Source: Corallochytrium limacisporum Hawaii
Taxonomy: Eukaryota > Protista > Pluriformea
Direction: 5' to 3'
Assembly: GCA_002811645.1 (NCBI GenBank)
Contig: PDIP01000032.1
Span: 215,213-279,212, forward strand
Length of the DNA stretch: 64,000 nucleotides
Positions 19,091 through 29,800 of this stretch are shown one piece after another (positions within the stretch are counted from its first letter, which is position 1; every line of letters starts with the position of its first letter). A model generated the notes under the pieces. It searched no databases, had not been told where the DNA came from, and saw only the letters and a program-made list of their open reading frames with translations. A program made the position numbers and the translations under genes.

Positions 19091-22060
19091 TCACAAACCA
19101 AGAATCTTGTTGGCCTTTCTTCCTCGCTTTGGCAGAATACTGTAGGATTGCTCCCAAAGATCGTTCTCTGATACGCTCTGAATGCTGCGAATCAAGGGAT
19201 AGACCGTGCGGTCCTCGACAATGTTATGTACCTTTGACTGGTACAGTTGGATGGTTAAGGCTTTTTGTGTGATAGTCTTCATCTTGAAGAAGTTGATCAT
19301 GCCGTTTTCTAGTTTCTTAGGCAATTCATTGAGAAAGACCAAATCTTTCACAAACAGTCCCATGAAAGGAACACAGGGCAGGCTGGCATTGCGTAGTTCA
19401 GTGCGGTAGTTCTGGTGATTGCGGATGGGGTTCATGAGTGCCTTTAGTTGCTCAAAGTCCTTGAGACCATGACGACTGAGCTGTGACTTGTCCACGATGC
19501 GAGAAACCGAGCCGTGGTCAAGGGCAGTGAGAATGGCAAATGTACTATTGTAGTTGCGGTAGTCGTGGTGACAGGCGCGTGCGACCTTGATAAAATGTTC
19601 GTAGAGACGTACCCGCTTTTCCATTGACGTTTCTCGCACAAGTTCAAAGCTTACCCAATTGCTCAGGGTATTGAACCACTCAACGTAGCGATCATATTCA
19701 ATACGAGTAGCGTTCCAGATGGCACTCTTACCACACCACAGCTTGATCATAACATCCTCAGGTTTGACCTCCTGGAAATGCTGCTGTTCGACCAAAGTGA
19801 TCTGAGACGCGAGGAGGTCTGCCTTTAGTGCTAGTAGAGCATCCGTATTTAGGTACATAGCTTTCCGCTGAGTCTGATCCATGGTTGACAAAACATGCTG
19901 CAAACGGTTCTCCTGGCCCATAGCAATGATTACCACATCCTCCACTAGAGGTTCAAGGTACTCGTGGCTTGCACAAGATTGAAGAAAAGCATCCAGCTGT
20001 TGCAACATTTGCCGAGACTCGTAAAAGTCACAGAACATCGTGTCAACCCAATCCATGACGAACGAGAAGATCCGCTTACGCACAATCTCTTCTGTCTCCT
20101 CCTCAAGCAAGACTCGCAGACTGCCCAACAAATCTACAGGGCTGACGGCGTGCCGAAACGTCATAAAGAGCACTTCAAAATGAAAATCAGTGGAATTACC
20201 CATTGCATGGAATGCAAGGCGCAAGAGCCCTTCGCTGGAACATCCAATAGGCTGAAGCTCCCCCTTGGGATCCTTCGCATAGAGCACGTTGTCAGCGAGG
20301 ACTGTGGTCTCATGCAGGTTCTGTAGGTCACCTTCCTCAACCTTTACAACGTTCTCCGTAAACTCTTTCAGTTTCAGCTTGGTGATAGCAGTGGGTGTCG
20401 ACCTTAAGCTGTCGCAATTCTCATAACTGCTTTTCCTCCTGCGTCCACTGAGACTCAGTTTTCGAGTCACGGACGTCTTCATATTCGACCTCATGACACC
20501 AGTTTCAGGTACTTGCAAGTCCGCTGATGCTTTTCCTTCTTGGTCTGGGGATGTCCGGTGTGATTCAGTGACCTTTCTTGGTGACCGTTCTCGTGGCGAC
20601 TTCTCTCGAGGTGACTTTTCGCGAGGAGATTTCCCTTGAACCTCTGCTACTGTCTTTCGAGTGTACACATTGTCATCACTGACGTGCTGGTTTCCATTCA
20701 AATCATTGCGAGACCGACCTGCCTTGAGCAGTAGGCTCGCCTTGAGATCCACCAGAGACTGCACCAGACTCGTCTTCTTTTGATCTCCCTTCTTGTCTTT
20801 GCCTACGATAGGATCTCGCATACTACGCCGCCGTGTTGGTGTGCTGTTGGTACTTTGCTCGGAGTTGAGCCCCAGTGCGGAGGATGAAGAGGATGATTGC
20901 GAAGAGACGTCATCTGTGCTAATGATGTAGTGAGAGAGCATGGATCTGACATCCGAATTTGTCATCAGATCATCGCTAATGTCTAAGGATAGCTCACTTT
21001 CCCTATTGGGGGGCCCTACCTCCGCTGCTTTTAGTGTGACCTCAAGTTGTTCTGGACACGAGCTGCTTTCCTCCTCTACTACTGTTTCGCTGTCAACGCT
21101 ATCAATGCATGACTCGGTGCCACTCTCAATATCTGCAGCCAACAGCAACTGAACAGAGGTGGTCAGTTTGAACGGCTCAACCTTCAGCCCAGATTCCATC
21201 CACCGAGATTCCACTACCGGCTCCTCTGTGGTGTCCAGTTCTGGCTCTAAAAGGTCACCGATCGAAATATTGTTCATGCTTACTGTCAAAGTTGACAAGA
21301 TGTCGTCTCTCGACGAAGTGCTTCTATTGTCATTGCCATACGAGTTTTGAATCCGCTGGAATGCTCTCGTGCGTCCAATCTTGGGTTGATCATCACTACT
21401 CTCCACGGAATGGGTGGTACGGTGCTTGAATTCTAGCAATGAATCTGCCAGACTTAAATTGCTTCCTAACTTGTTGCACAGACTTGGGTTGCTTCCTGAA
21501 AACTCACCTCTCCTAAATTCCTTCGCCGCCCCTGATAGTATGTTTCTGCGTTCCTTAGATAGCCCAAACGTCCATTTCTCGGTCGATTCTTTCGTCATCG
21601 AAGCTTTGTGACTACTGCTCCGTCGTAAAATTGGGTCTTCTGCTTCATCCTGCTTGGATTTCTTGTCCACATCCTTCTCAAAAGTCCGAGGAGCATCCTT
21701 GAGTGCATTGTTGATTGCTAGCATATGCCACAGCCCAATGCCTGACTGTCTTGAATGTCCCGGTTTATGGGCAGTCTCATCAGCATCTGCTTTCGAGAAC
21801 ACGCCACTTGGTCCGCTCTTCTGTTTGTTTTGGAAATCTTCGATGTGCTTCCATGTTGACTGGATGTCTTCATCCAGATCCTGCACATACCTATTCAAGT
21901 CCATGCAATCTTCGGAGTCCACGTTCCGATCATCAGTGTCTGATACAGCACTCGCAAACGACTTGGCAGAGCCCGGACGATCGGGTGCTATGCCTATAGC
22001 CGCATCTGCTAGAACGGTTTTGCCCCTGATCTTCATTGTGATGAATTCATCCGTGGTCAT
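19091..22060 (-). CDS. Ras guanine-nucleotide exchange factor (REM + CDC25 domains) with a disordered N-terminus
   Basis: LFMTFR...SPVDLL (REM); LASQIT, WFNTLSNWV, FIKVA, NYNSTFAI, NHQNYR and PCVPFMGLFVKDL (CDC25). Confidence 0.93.
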   Translation of the reverse strand: MTTDEFITMKIRGKTVLADAAIGIAPDRPGSAKSFASAVSDTDDRNVDSEDCMDLNRYVQDLDEDIQSTWKHIEDFQNKQKSGPSGVFSKADADETAHKPGHSRQSGIGLWHMLAINNALKDAPRTFEKDVDKKSKQDEAEDPILRRSSSHKASMTKESTEKWTFGLSKERRNILSGAAKEFRRGEFSGSNPSLCNKLGSNLSLADSLLEFKHRTTHSVESSDDQPKIGRTRAFQRIQNSYGNDNRSTSSRDDILSTLTVSMNNISIGDLLEPELDTTEEPVVESRWMESGLKVEPFKLTTSVQLLLAADIESGTESCIDSVDSETVVEEESSSCPEQLEVTLKAAEVGPPNRESELSLDISDDLMTNSDVRSMLSHYIISTDDVSSQSSSSSSALGLNSEQSTNSTPTRRRSMRDPIVGKDKKGDQKKTSLVQSLVDLKASLLLKAGRSRNDLNGNQHVSDDNVYTRKTVAEVQGKSPREKSPREKSPRERSPRKVTESHRTSPDQEGKASADLQVPETGVMRSNMKTSVTRKLSLSGRRRKSSYENCDSLRSTPTAITKLKLKEFTENVVKVEEGDLQNLHETTVLADNVLYAKDPKGELQPIGCSSEGLLRLAFHAMGNSTDFHFEVLFMTFRHAVSPVDLLGSLRVLLEEETEEIVRKRIFSFVMDWVDTMFCDFYESRQMLQQLDAFLQSCASHEYLEPLVEDVVIIAMGQENRLQHVLSTMDQTQRKAMYLNTDALLALKADLLASQITLVEQQHFQEVKPEDVMIKLWCGKSAIWNATRIEYDRYVEWFNTLSNWVSFELVRETSMEKRVRLYEHFIKVARACHHDYRNYNSTFAILTALDHGSVSRIVDKSQLSRHGLKDFEQLKALMNPIRNHQNYRTELRNASLPCVPFMGLFVKDLVFLNELPKKLENGMINFFKMKTITQKALTIQLYQSKVHNIVEDRTVYPLIRSIQSVSENDLWEQSYSILPKRGRKANKILGL

Positions 22061-25000
22061 TCATCGTGTCAATCATCAAAACTAGCCTAGGACGTCTCCA
22101 ATGTCCCCGACTCACCCCGTCTGATCACAAAGGTATGAAACATACTTAAGATCATTTACGCGTTTCCGATGCTGTCTTATATCACCGAAGTACCAGGCGT
22201 CATCACACATCCGCACGCAGTCTCATCAAAGCTTATCTATCGCTTTCCTTGCGTGCGTGTGACCCCCTACCGACCTGCCTGGTCGAATTGAACCGCCGTG
22301 TGGCCCCACCCCCAGTCCGTACGAACCGCTAAAACCTCACCTACACTACCCTCCCACCGAGCCCTTTCGCCAACAACCCGCAAGAGTGCAGATTTCCAAC
22401 CCGGGAACAAGAGGTTGGAGGGCAGTCCATCTTTTGGTACCCAATGTACCGCGCGAGGTGGCCGGTCGACCACCAGGCCCACCCACCCCCTCCCGGCGAG
22501 TATTCGAGCCGCCTCCTGCCCAACCTCCTTTCCCTCCTTCCTCTGTTGGGCAGGTACCAGCTGCTGCGAGTTACCAACTGGCCCCGTCTCGTCTCGTGTC
22601 CAAGGGCAGGGCGTAACGGCACGGGGTCCCCCAGGCAGCAGAGCAACGCCCCGGTGGGGGGGGAGTTGGGTTGGGTGGGAGGAGGGAGAGGTACTTACAA
22701 GCCAACGAAACCCAACCGTTGAAGTGGTTGCCCACAGGCACACTGTGTATCAACCCCGGTGTTTTTCTTGTGGTTCGTACCTCGGCGGTCCGCTGGATAT
22801 GCGTTGTTTTGCAAAGCCTCGTGAAGTCCCCCGGAAGGGAGGAGGGGAGGACTACTTGGACGGGAGTGAGTGAAAATTGGATCGTTTTGGAGGGAAATTT
22901 GCCTTGGTATATTTACTATGTAAAGTCAAGAGCGGAGGCCACCGGTTTCTTTGCACTCTGATTTTTTTTATCGCTGATGCCTCCGGAAAAAAAGCCTCGT
23001 CCCCCATAAGCCCAAATGAGAAGGAAGTGTTGTGATGAAGTAAATTTCATAGATTCAGTACACTGAACTGGTTGTGCCTTAATTACACGTCGAGATGAAG
23101 TTTTTATTTGAGTATTTCGGTGGCAGACACAGACCCCAATGTGGAGTGTTAGATTTGTATAGACATTCACAGTCCAACGGAATGATGAGACATGGGCGGA
23201 GGGATCTTCATTGATCTGATACTGTTTTGCCGTTGCTGACCATTTCCGCGCCTACATTGAGTACTAAATCTGTTGCATGTGTCAATGAAATGACATGTGC
23301 CAGCAATGTCCTCGTGCGGGCAAGCACTGTTCGCGCTGAAATAGGTGTGTTTGTCGTCGGTTCACACCGTCAGTAGGTTTGCGCAATCGATCGCTGTCTT
23401 GCAACTGCCAGTACAGGTTGCCTGTTTACTGTATTGAAACATTTCGGTGTCTCCCTGATTGAGCCTAGTGATATCTCTTCAAGTGTGATTTTTGGTTTAC
23501 AGCTCTCCATTATAGCAACCGGTCAACACGACCAGGCTGCAATAGTGATGAACCTGGCCCATGCAATAAATAACCCCACGGTCGCCCGGAAGGAGGACGG
23601 TACAGTATACAAACAACAATCCCAGTTCAAACAAGCATGGATAGGAGAGCAGTGGCCCCGTCCTCATACTATTACCACAAATTCGAAACGTGCTGTCTCT
23701 AGTGCCGGTTCAATCCCAAGAATCCTAGGCATAAGGAGGACGGGGAGCCATGGTTGGGCATCATAAACGTAGCCTTTGACGCAGTAGAGATGATGACTTT
23801 TATTTTAGAACCGACGGGGGATGCTGGTATGGGCCACGGCGATATGATTCATAGATTCGACTGAACCCCACGCAGTTGTCGCTGTCCACACACCTGTTGT
23901 TTGTCATCATCAAATCAATATGAACTCATTGCACCCCCCAAGGTAGCCTACACCCGGAGAGGAGTATCCTGGACATTGCTGGTGTACAAATCACCACATG
24001 CATGGTTCATGCAGCATGCACAAAGTGGGAGGAAATTGAAATCTCAGCATGTTCTTGGATGGCAGTGAACACTGAAATGCGATAGATCAATGACGACTGA
24101 TAGTGGATGAGAATCTCTGAGCGCCTATACTACTGGTCATGATCCCCGCTTAGCGGTTGGTGGGTAGAGTACTGCGTAAACGGCCAGCTCGCCGTAGCTC
24201 CTCCGATCCCCCTTCGAAACGGAACCACTTCTCCTCCTCCCCCCTCCTTATTGAATTTTCAACCAATCAACGTCTCCCATTCTGCGGAGACAAACTCTAG
24301 CCCGAACAGCGCACACGCTAAACTCTTGGGATGTCTTCGGGATAGATGTGATGGTGCAGTACAAAACATGAGCAGCTATGTGAATACATTTACTACGATG
24401 ATGTCCATATCGGTAGGGGCTCGAAGGAGTGTCAGATTCCCGAATCAAAACCAACAACTGCCGTGGAACCCGCAATTTCCCTCGTTCCTTAACTCCTGCC
24501 CTTGTTAGTAAAACTTCTGAACGCTACTCCCCCGACCCCCCTTTTTTTTTTTGCCAACGCGAGGGGCACGTAGTGAAGCAGAATTCGAGAGAAACGCGGG
24601 AATGGTAGACAAAGCAAGTTTTAGGTCGGTCACCAGCCGTTCCGGAACTCCGACCCATTCTCAACCGCACTCCCAAAAAGGTGGGATCTTGCAAAGCAGC
24701 CAATGAGAAAGCCACAAAAACTGTCGTTCTGAAGTGAAACTTGTGAAATTCGGACGTCATTGCCATAATTCATTCAGTACTTGAGACGGAGGCGTCCATT
24801 GTGACCTCTACGAAACTTGGGCCGAAAGCCTGTGGCGACAGCTGGGGGACCGGTGGAGCACTTCATGGTCCGCCAAGTCTCCAACCTCTTGCTGTTTTGT
24901 TACCATTCAATTCGAGTACACTGGCTGATACCTTCTCCTCCCTCCCCCCTCAGCAAAAACTCGTTCGGACTGTGTCACGGGTTGATGCATAGGCACAAAG

Positions 25001-25386
25001 AGGGGAAAATTTCTCTTGACGACGAACCATCGGAATGCTGTTGGTACTACTGCTACACATGTATGAAGGAACGAAAGAACATACCGCAATGAGAAGATGT
25101 TGAAGTTCCCGGTGAACGCAGGATAGTCAACAGTACGATGTGCTTGTTTGGTCGTGCTCGCTTCTGATGAAGTCAACACTTCTGGCAAGACTTGAACAGG
25201 TAGGAAAGAAGATGTGGCGGTATACCTTTGCAGCACAGGATGGGATTTTCTCCAACACCTGTGCATGCGTTTTTGGTTTGGAATACAGTACAAGAATAAG
25301 AGCAATCTCAGCGCGGGTCGCTGAGAAAACAAAGCATGTGAATAGGGTCCCTAGCGCATGAAACATACCAGTGAGAACACACAATC

Positions 25387-28300
25387 ATGACCATCCCAAA
25401 CCGGTATGGGACTCTAAGGGGTTCCAAGGGAGTAGATCGGGTTAAGACCAAAGTTTTACTGCGGTGGGTAAATTCCGTGACCAACGATGAGGACTTCACT
25501 GTCGAGGACATTCAGGAGGATTTCAAGAATGGCATCGTGTTTTGCATGCTGCTGCAGAAACTTACTGGCAAGAAACTGGCTTTCTCAAGGAGACCTCGGA
25601 ACCATTTCCATATCACGGAAAACATGGCATTGGCAGTGCAGACGGTCATGGGTGACCTGGGTGCGAACTCTTACCTGGTCTCAGACCTACAGGAAGGTAT
25701 GCTGGAGCAGACATCAGACTTCATCTTTTGCATAATGAAGAAGTATGTTATCATGTCGGCCGCTAGCAACGAAACAAGTCCTAACAAGCAAGCCAATGTG
25801 GGTGCTATGCGCAGCAAGCAAATCTTACAAGAAGAGCTGAAGAAGTCCTTGCAGGAGTTCAGGGAGTTGGTTGATGATATGGAAACCAATGTCAACAATG
25901 GTTTGTTGCTTGCTGCTTTCCTGCAGACTGTCAATCCGTCGGCCTGCAGCTTCGATGAAATGCGACGCCTGAGCAAGCACGACCGTTTGCAGCGCATTTT
26001 TGAGGGCTTTTTTAACGCAAACATTGATCCATTATTGGACATGGAGGACATAGTGGAAGATATCGATCCGACGCTGGCGATCATCGTGCTTGCCCATTTC
26101 CTCCATATTTTGCGCCAGGTCGAAAAGGGCACCTACGGTAAGAGCATCCGTGTCTCATCGGCCTCAATCTCCGATGCCACTGGTGTGAACAGTCGGAAGG
26201 GCAGTGCTGATGGTCATCTTGCTGGTCGAGATAGCACATCAAGTTGGAGCATCGAGATCCTTGCCAATGGCACAGAGACGCAAGCGAACGTCACGAACAT
26301 GGTATACGAAGAGATGATGGCAGAGCTTGAGCACGCCCAGCGTGAGGTTGAAGATCTCAAAATTCAACTGATCAACGTGGAGAAGTATCGAGAGGCGGAA
26401 CAGCTCCGTTTTGAACACGAGAAGAAGGATGCTGAAGAGAAACATAAAGCAGAGCAGACAAGGCTAACTTCACGGATTAATGGTCTGGGACGTGAGCTGG
26501 AACGCGCACGCCAAACTCGCAAGGAAATGTGCAATTATCTTGATCGGAAGATGCCCAATCCTACAACGCGAGCGGCAGATGCCATTATCCGTTTGCAAGC
26601 GATTTGCAAGGGATATCTTGCTCGCAAAGACTATGTTATCGGCCTGCGAAACGAAGCTAACAGGCCGTCCAAAACCCTCACCCTGGGTCAGAACCTTTGG
26701 GCGAAGGCACAGCGCCGCATCTCATCTTCACACAACGAAGAGTTGCGTGTCGTCAGCGAACAGGAGACTACAGCAAGAAACTCTGTGATACAGCAGATGG
26801 TCGCAGAGGAGGAGCGACATCTCGAGTACCTTCGTCAGGTAATGAACTTTTACTTCAATCCGCTCAGTGACTACGTAGAGCAGAGCAAGGGTTCCCTTAC
26901 TCGCCAGCAGCTGTATAGCATATTCCCGCCTTTGGAGCGATTCATTGCCCTCCACAGCACGTTAATTGAGCTGTTCCGCGATGAAAATGCTTGCTCGCAC
27001 CTAGGCATTAATCTTGTATCGCATGTGGAGCAATTCAACATCTTCGTGCAATATGTGGACGACTATGCTACTGCGGTACTGATTGTGGATGAACGTAGTC
27101 GGAAGGATGTCACCTTCAAGGACCTCTGCTCGGGACAGGCAGGACCCGACCGTAGGATTGTCAATCTCAAGGCCAGTCTCATGCTGCCTTTCCAAAGACT
27201 GCCAGCCCTTTGTGAAGGTTTGAAGACCCTGGCAAACAAAACAAGTGATCGCCATCCTGATTACGAAGGTACCTTCAGTGCGTACGAGGCACTGCGTAGC
27301 ATTAATGAGAAGGTGAGTACCAAGCGACGTGAGCAGGAGAATCGGGAGAACCTGTTGAATGTCCACCTTAAGCTCAACAATGAGATTGACAAGGCGACGC
27401 TGAGCAAGCGAATGTATCTGAAGGAGGGTCGCATGAAAGAATTCAGCCAGTCCTCCAAGGATAAAGAGAAGAGTCATGATCGGTACTACTTCCTCTTTGA
27501 CGACCTTCTCATTGCCTGCAAAATCCGCAAACGCATGTTTGCTGCCCACCCTGAGTACAAAGTCGTTTTCACAGCGCCCATCACCCACGAATCCTCGATT
27601 ACTGACCTCGGTAGTGTGGATCCAGACGCAACGGATTCGCAGCCCAGCTTCCGAGTCCAGCTGTCAAAAGATAAGGCAATCCTCCTTGGTGTCAAGAACA
27701 ACGCAGATAAGAAGGCGTGGACGGAAGCTTTCCGCTCAGCGGTCATGCACAGCCTGGAGTCCTATGAACACATCCCCGACAGCCTCAAACCTCCCACACT
27801 GGAAGGCATGGTGGTGCGCTTCCACAACAATAACTTTGAACGGCTCTACATGTGTCTGCGTGGCAAGCAGATCTTCTTCTATCAGCGCAAGATGGATCCA
27901 CAGGTGTATGCCTCCTTCGCGGTTGCTCAAATCGGGGATGCATTCACCTATCGCGAGGACACAGATAAGGCCATGAGCATTCTGACTACCATGCCAAACC
28001 CTCCTGTTGGTTGGATTGCTCCACCGGTACCCCAGGACGACAAGATGATCCCTATGGATGCCCTGGATGATGATGGTCTTTTCAGTCTCCGTGCAGTAGC
28101 GTGGCCTATTCTCAAGAAAATCATGGCTCAGTACAATGTCGAGTGCAACATGGACTTCCTCATGCAGGACATGAGTAGGGACAACTCATTGAGTGCCAAT
28201 CAAGTGGCTCACAGGTCTACGGGGTCACTGGCAAAAGCGGGTGCTATTTTGGGTGCCTCTGCTGATGTGCTGAACGCAGCGAGTGCTAACAGCTTGGTCT

Positions 28301-29619
28301 CCTTGGCCATTGATGACTTGCCAAATGGCATTCCATTCTTCTTTAAGGATCTTATCCACTATCTTGAAGAAGATGACCATGTTGTCGAGGGTTTGTTCCG
28401 TGTCAGTGGTAATTCCAAGCGCATGGCAAAGGCTCGCGAAATGATGGAAGAGACGGAACGCTTTAGCCCTGAAGAAGACGGCTATGACGTGAACCCGCAC
28501 GACGTGGCCGGTCTGCTGAAGAACATTCTACGCGAATTACCAGATCCCTTGGCCACTGGCCGCTTGTTTACACTTTATATGGCTCTCCCGCGCATACCAG
28601 AGAACCTGCGCTTACGTACTTTGCAACTGATTAATTCGTACCTGCCAGTGTCAAACCGTCGTGTGCTGGGGCGTCTGATGATCATGCTCAGGCGTCTTGC
28701 CAAACACGAGGAGAAGACCAAGATGACGGCCAGCAACTTGGCCGTGTGTCTTGCTCCCAATATCCTCGCCCCGAGCTCGGAACATGGCACCCGTGGGTCT
28801 GCGGTTGGACCACTACCAGGAGATTCAAAGGGTGAGACTTCAGGGCGTTTCGGAACCATTGGAAAGGGCTTGCCCATGGCGGTGTCATCCAGTATGAATG
28901 GTCTGACAAGGGAAAATCACCATGCCAAGCACAGTCTGGCTGTGCCTGAGATGCGGTCAACAAGCCCAACAAAAGCAACTCCGCGCGCATATTCGAGCGG
29001 CCATGTCGGCGCTTATGGCAGCAACGGCAGCTTGAATTTGGTCGGAATCCCGGGAAGCGGTAGCAGTGAAGTGTACAACAATGCCAGCCACAGCAACAAC
29101 AACCTCCACCGCCCGAATTCGCCGTCCCGGGGCTACGTACCACCAGCCCAGACGGTAGTGGATGTAAATCCGCAACTAGTGAACCAAGTCTTTAGTATGA
29201 TCATGGAGCTTGCAGAACTGGCCTTCCAGGTACCGGGCGATTTGGCGGACGGATTGAATGATGACGAGTCTGAAGGCAGCGATGAGGACATCAGGATAGA
29301 AGCAGGTACAGACATCAAGGGGTCCACCGCCGGCGCGTCTGCCGCTGCAGTAGCGACAATGAGCAAGAAGCTCCGCACAGCGGCGGACTCTCCTATCAGC
29401 CCTGAGAATTCACTTTTCGTGTGCGTCTGCCCGCTATCGATTCAGAGCGGCCCAGGAGGTAGCGCCAGCGGCAACGCCACAAACATCTCTGTTTCGCGGA
29501 GCACCCTTCAGGAAGACATGGAAAGTGGCGGCGAGCTCGTACTCTTCACCGAGACTCTGGTCGAACGTGACGAGTGGAATCTTCGCTTGGCAGCCCATGC
29601 GGCGAAAGCCGGTGCATGA
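25387..29619 (+). CDS. Multidomain Rho regulator: tandem CH - coiled coil - IQ - DH(RhoGEF) - PH - RhoGAP
   Basis: CH: LLRWVN, DFKNGIVFCMLL. IQ: IRLQAICKGYLARK. DH: LMLPFQRLP. PH: RYYFLFDDLLI...KKAW. RhoGAP: EGLFRVSG, HDVAGLLK..LRELPDPL, KMTASNLAVCLAPNIL. Confidence 0.92.
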   Translation: MTIPNRYGTLRGSKGVDRVKTKVLLRWVNSVTNDEDFTVEDIQEDFKNGIVFCMLLQKLTGKKLAFSRRPRNHFHITENMALAVQTVMGDLGANSYLVSDLQEGMLEQTSDFIFCIMKKYVIMSAASNETSPNKQANVGAMRSKQILQEELKKSLQEFRELVDDMETNVNNGLLLAAFLQTVNPSACSFDEMRRLSKHDRLQRIFEGFFNANIDPLLDMEDIVEDIDPTLAIIVLAHFLHILRQVEKGTYGKSIRVSSASISDATGVNSRKGSADGHLAGRDSTSSWSIEILANGTETQANVTNMVYEEMMAELEHAQREVEDLKIQLINVEKYREAEQLRFEHEKKDAEEKHKAEQTRLTSRINGLGRELERARQTRKEMCNYLDRKMPNPTTRAADAIIRLQAICKGYLARKDYVIGLRNEANRPSKTLTLGQNLWAKAQRRISSSHNEELRVVSEQETTARNSVIQQMVAEEERHLEYLRQVMNFYFNPLSDYVEQSKGSLTRQQLYSIFPPLERFIALHSTLIELFRDENACSHLGINLVSHVEQFNIFVQYVDDYATAVLIVDERSRKDVTFKDLCSGQAGPDRRIVNLKASLMLPFQRLPALCEGLKTLANKTSDRHPDYEGTFSAYEALRSINEKVSTKRREQENRENLLNVHLKLNNEIDKATLSKRMYLKEGRMKEFSQSSKDKEKSHDRYYFLFDDLLIACKIRKRMFAAHPEYKVVFTAPITHESSITDLGSVDPDATDSQPSFRVQLSKDKAILLGVKNNADKKAWTEAFRSAVMHSLESYEHIPDSLKPPTLEGMVVRFHNNNFERLYMCLRGKQIFFYQRKMDPQVYASFAVAQIGDAFTYREDTDKAMSILTTMPNPPVGWIAPPVPQDDKMIPMDALDDDGLFSLRAVAWPILKKIMAQYNVECNMDFLMQDMSRDNSLSANQVAHRSTGSLAKAGAILGASADVLNAASANSLVSLAIDDLPNGIPFFFKDLIHYLEEDDHVVEGLFRVSGNSKRMAKAREMMEETERFSPEEDGYDVNPHDVAGLLKNILRELPDPLATGRLFTLYMALPRIPENLRLRTLQLINSYLPVSNRRVLGRLMIMLRRLAKHEEKTKMTASNLAVCLAPNILAPSSEHGTRGSAVGPLPGDSKGETSGRFGTIGKGLPMAVSSSMNGLTRENHHAKHSLAVPEMRSTSPTKATPRAYSSGHVGAYGSNGSLNLVGIPGSGSSEVYNNASHSNNNLHRPNSPSRGYVPPAQTVVDVNPQLVNQVFSMIMELAELAFQVPGDLADGLNDDESEGSDEDIRIEAGTDIKGSTAGASAAAVATMSKKLRTAADSPISPENSLFVCVCPLSIQSGPGGSASGNATNISVSRSTLQEDMESGGELVLFTETLVERDEWNLRLAAHAAKAGA

Positions 29620-29800
29620 ATCACTGGTTTCAAACAACAACAAACCCAAACAAAACAAAATACAAAACAGAAAATCGATATCAACACTAATGTATACTAT
29701 GTGTTTGTGAGACATGAACCTCTCTGTAGATCTCTTTCTTTAACTTGACAATAGAGCGATGAATTCCTCAGAACCGCGCATGACGCCTCTGAATGACAAC

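Noticed and set aside
23182-23864. Box C/D-like pairs (ATGATGA 23182/CTGA 23236; ATGATGA 23790/CTGA 23861)
   Set aside because: No terminal stems and no recognisable rRNA/snRNA antisense guide; compatible with chance.
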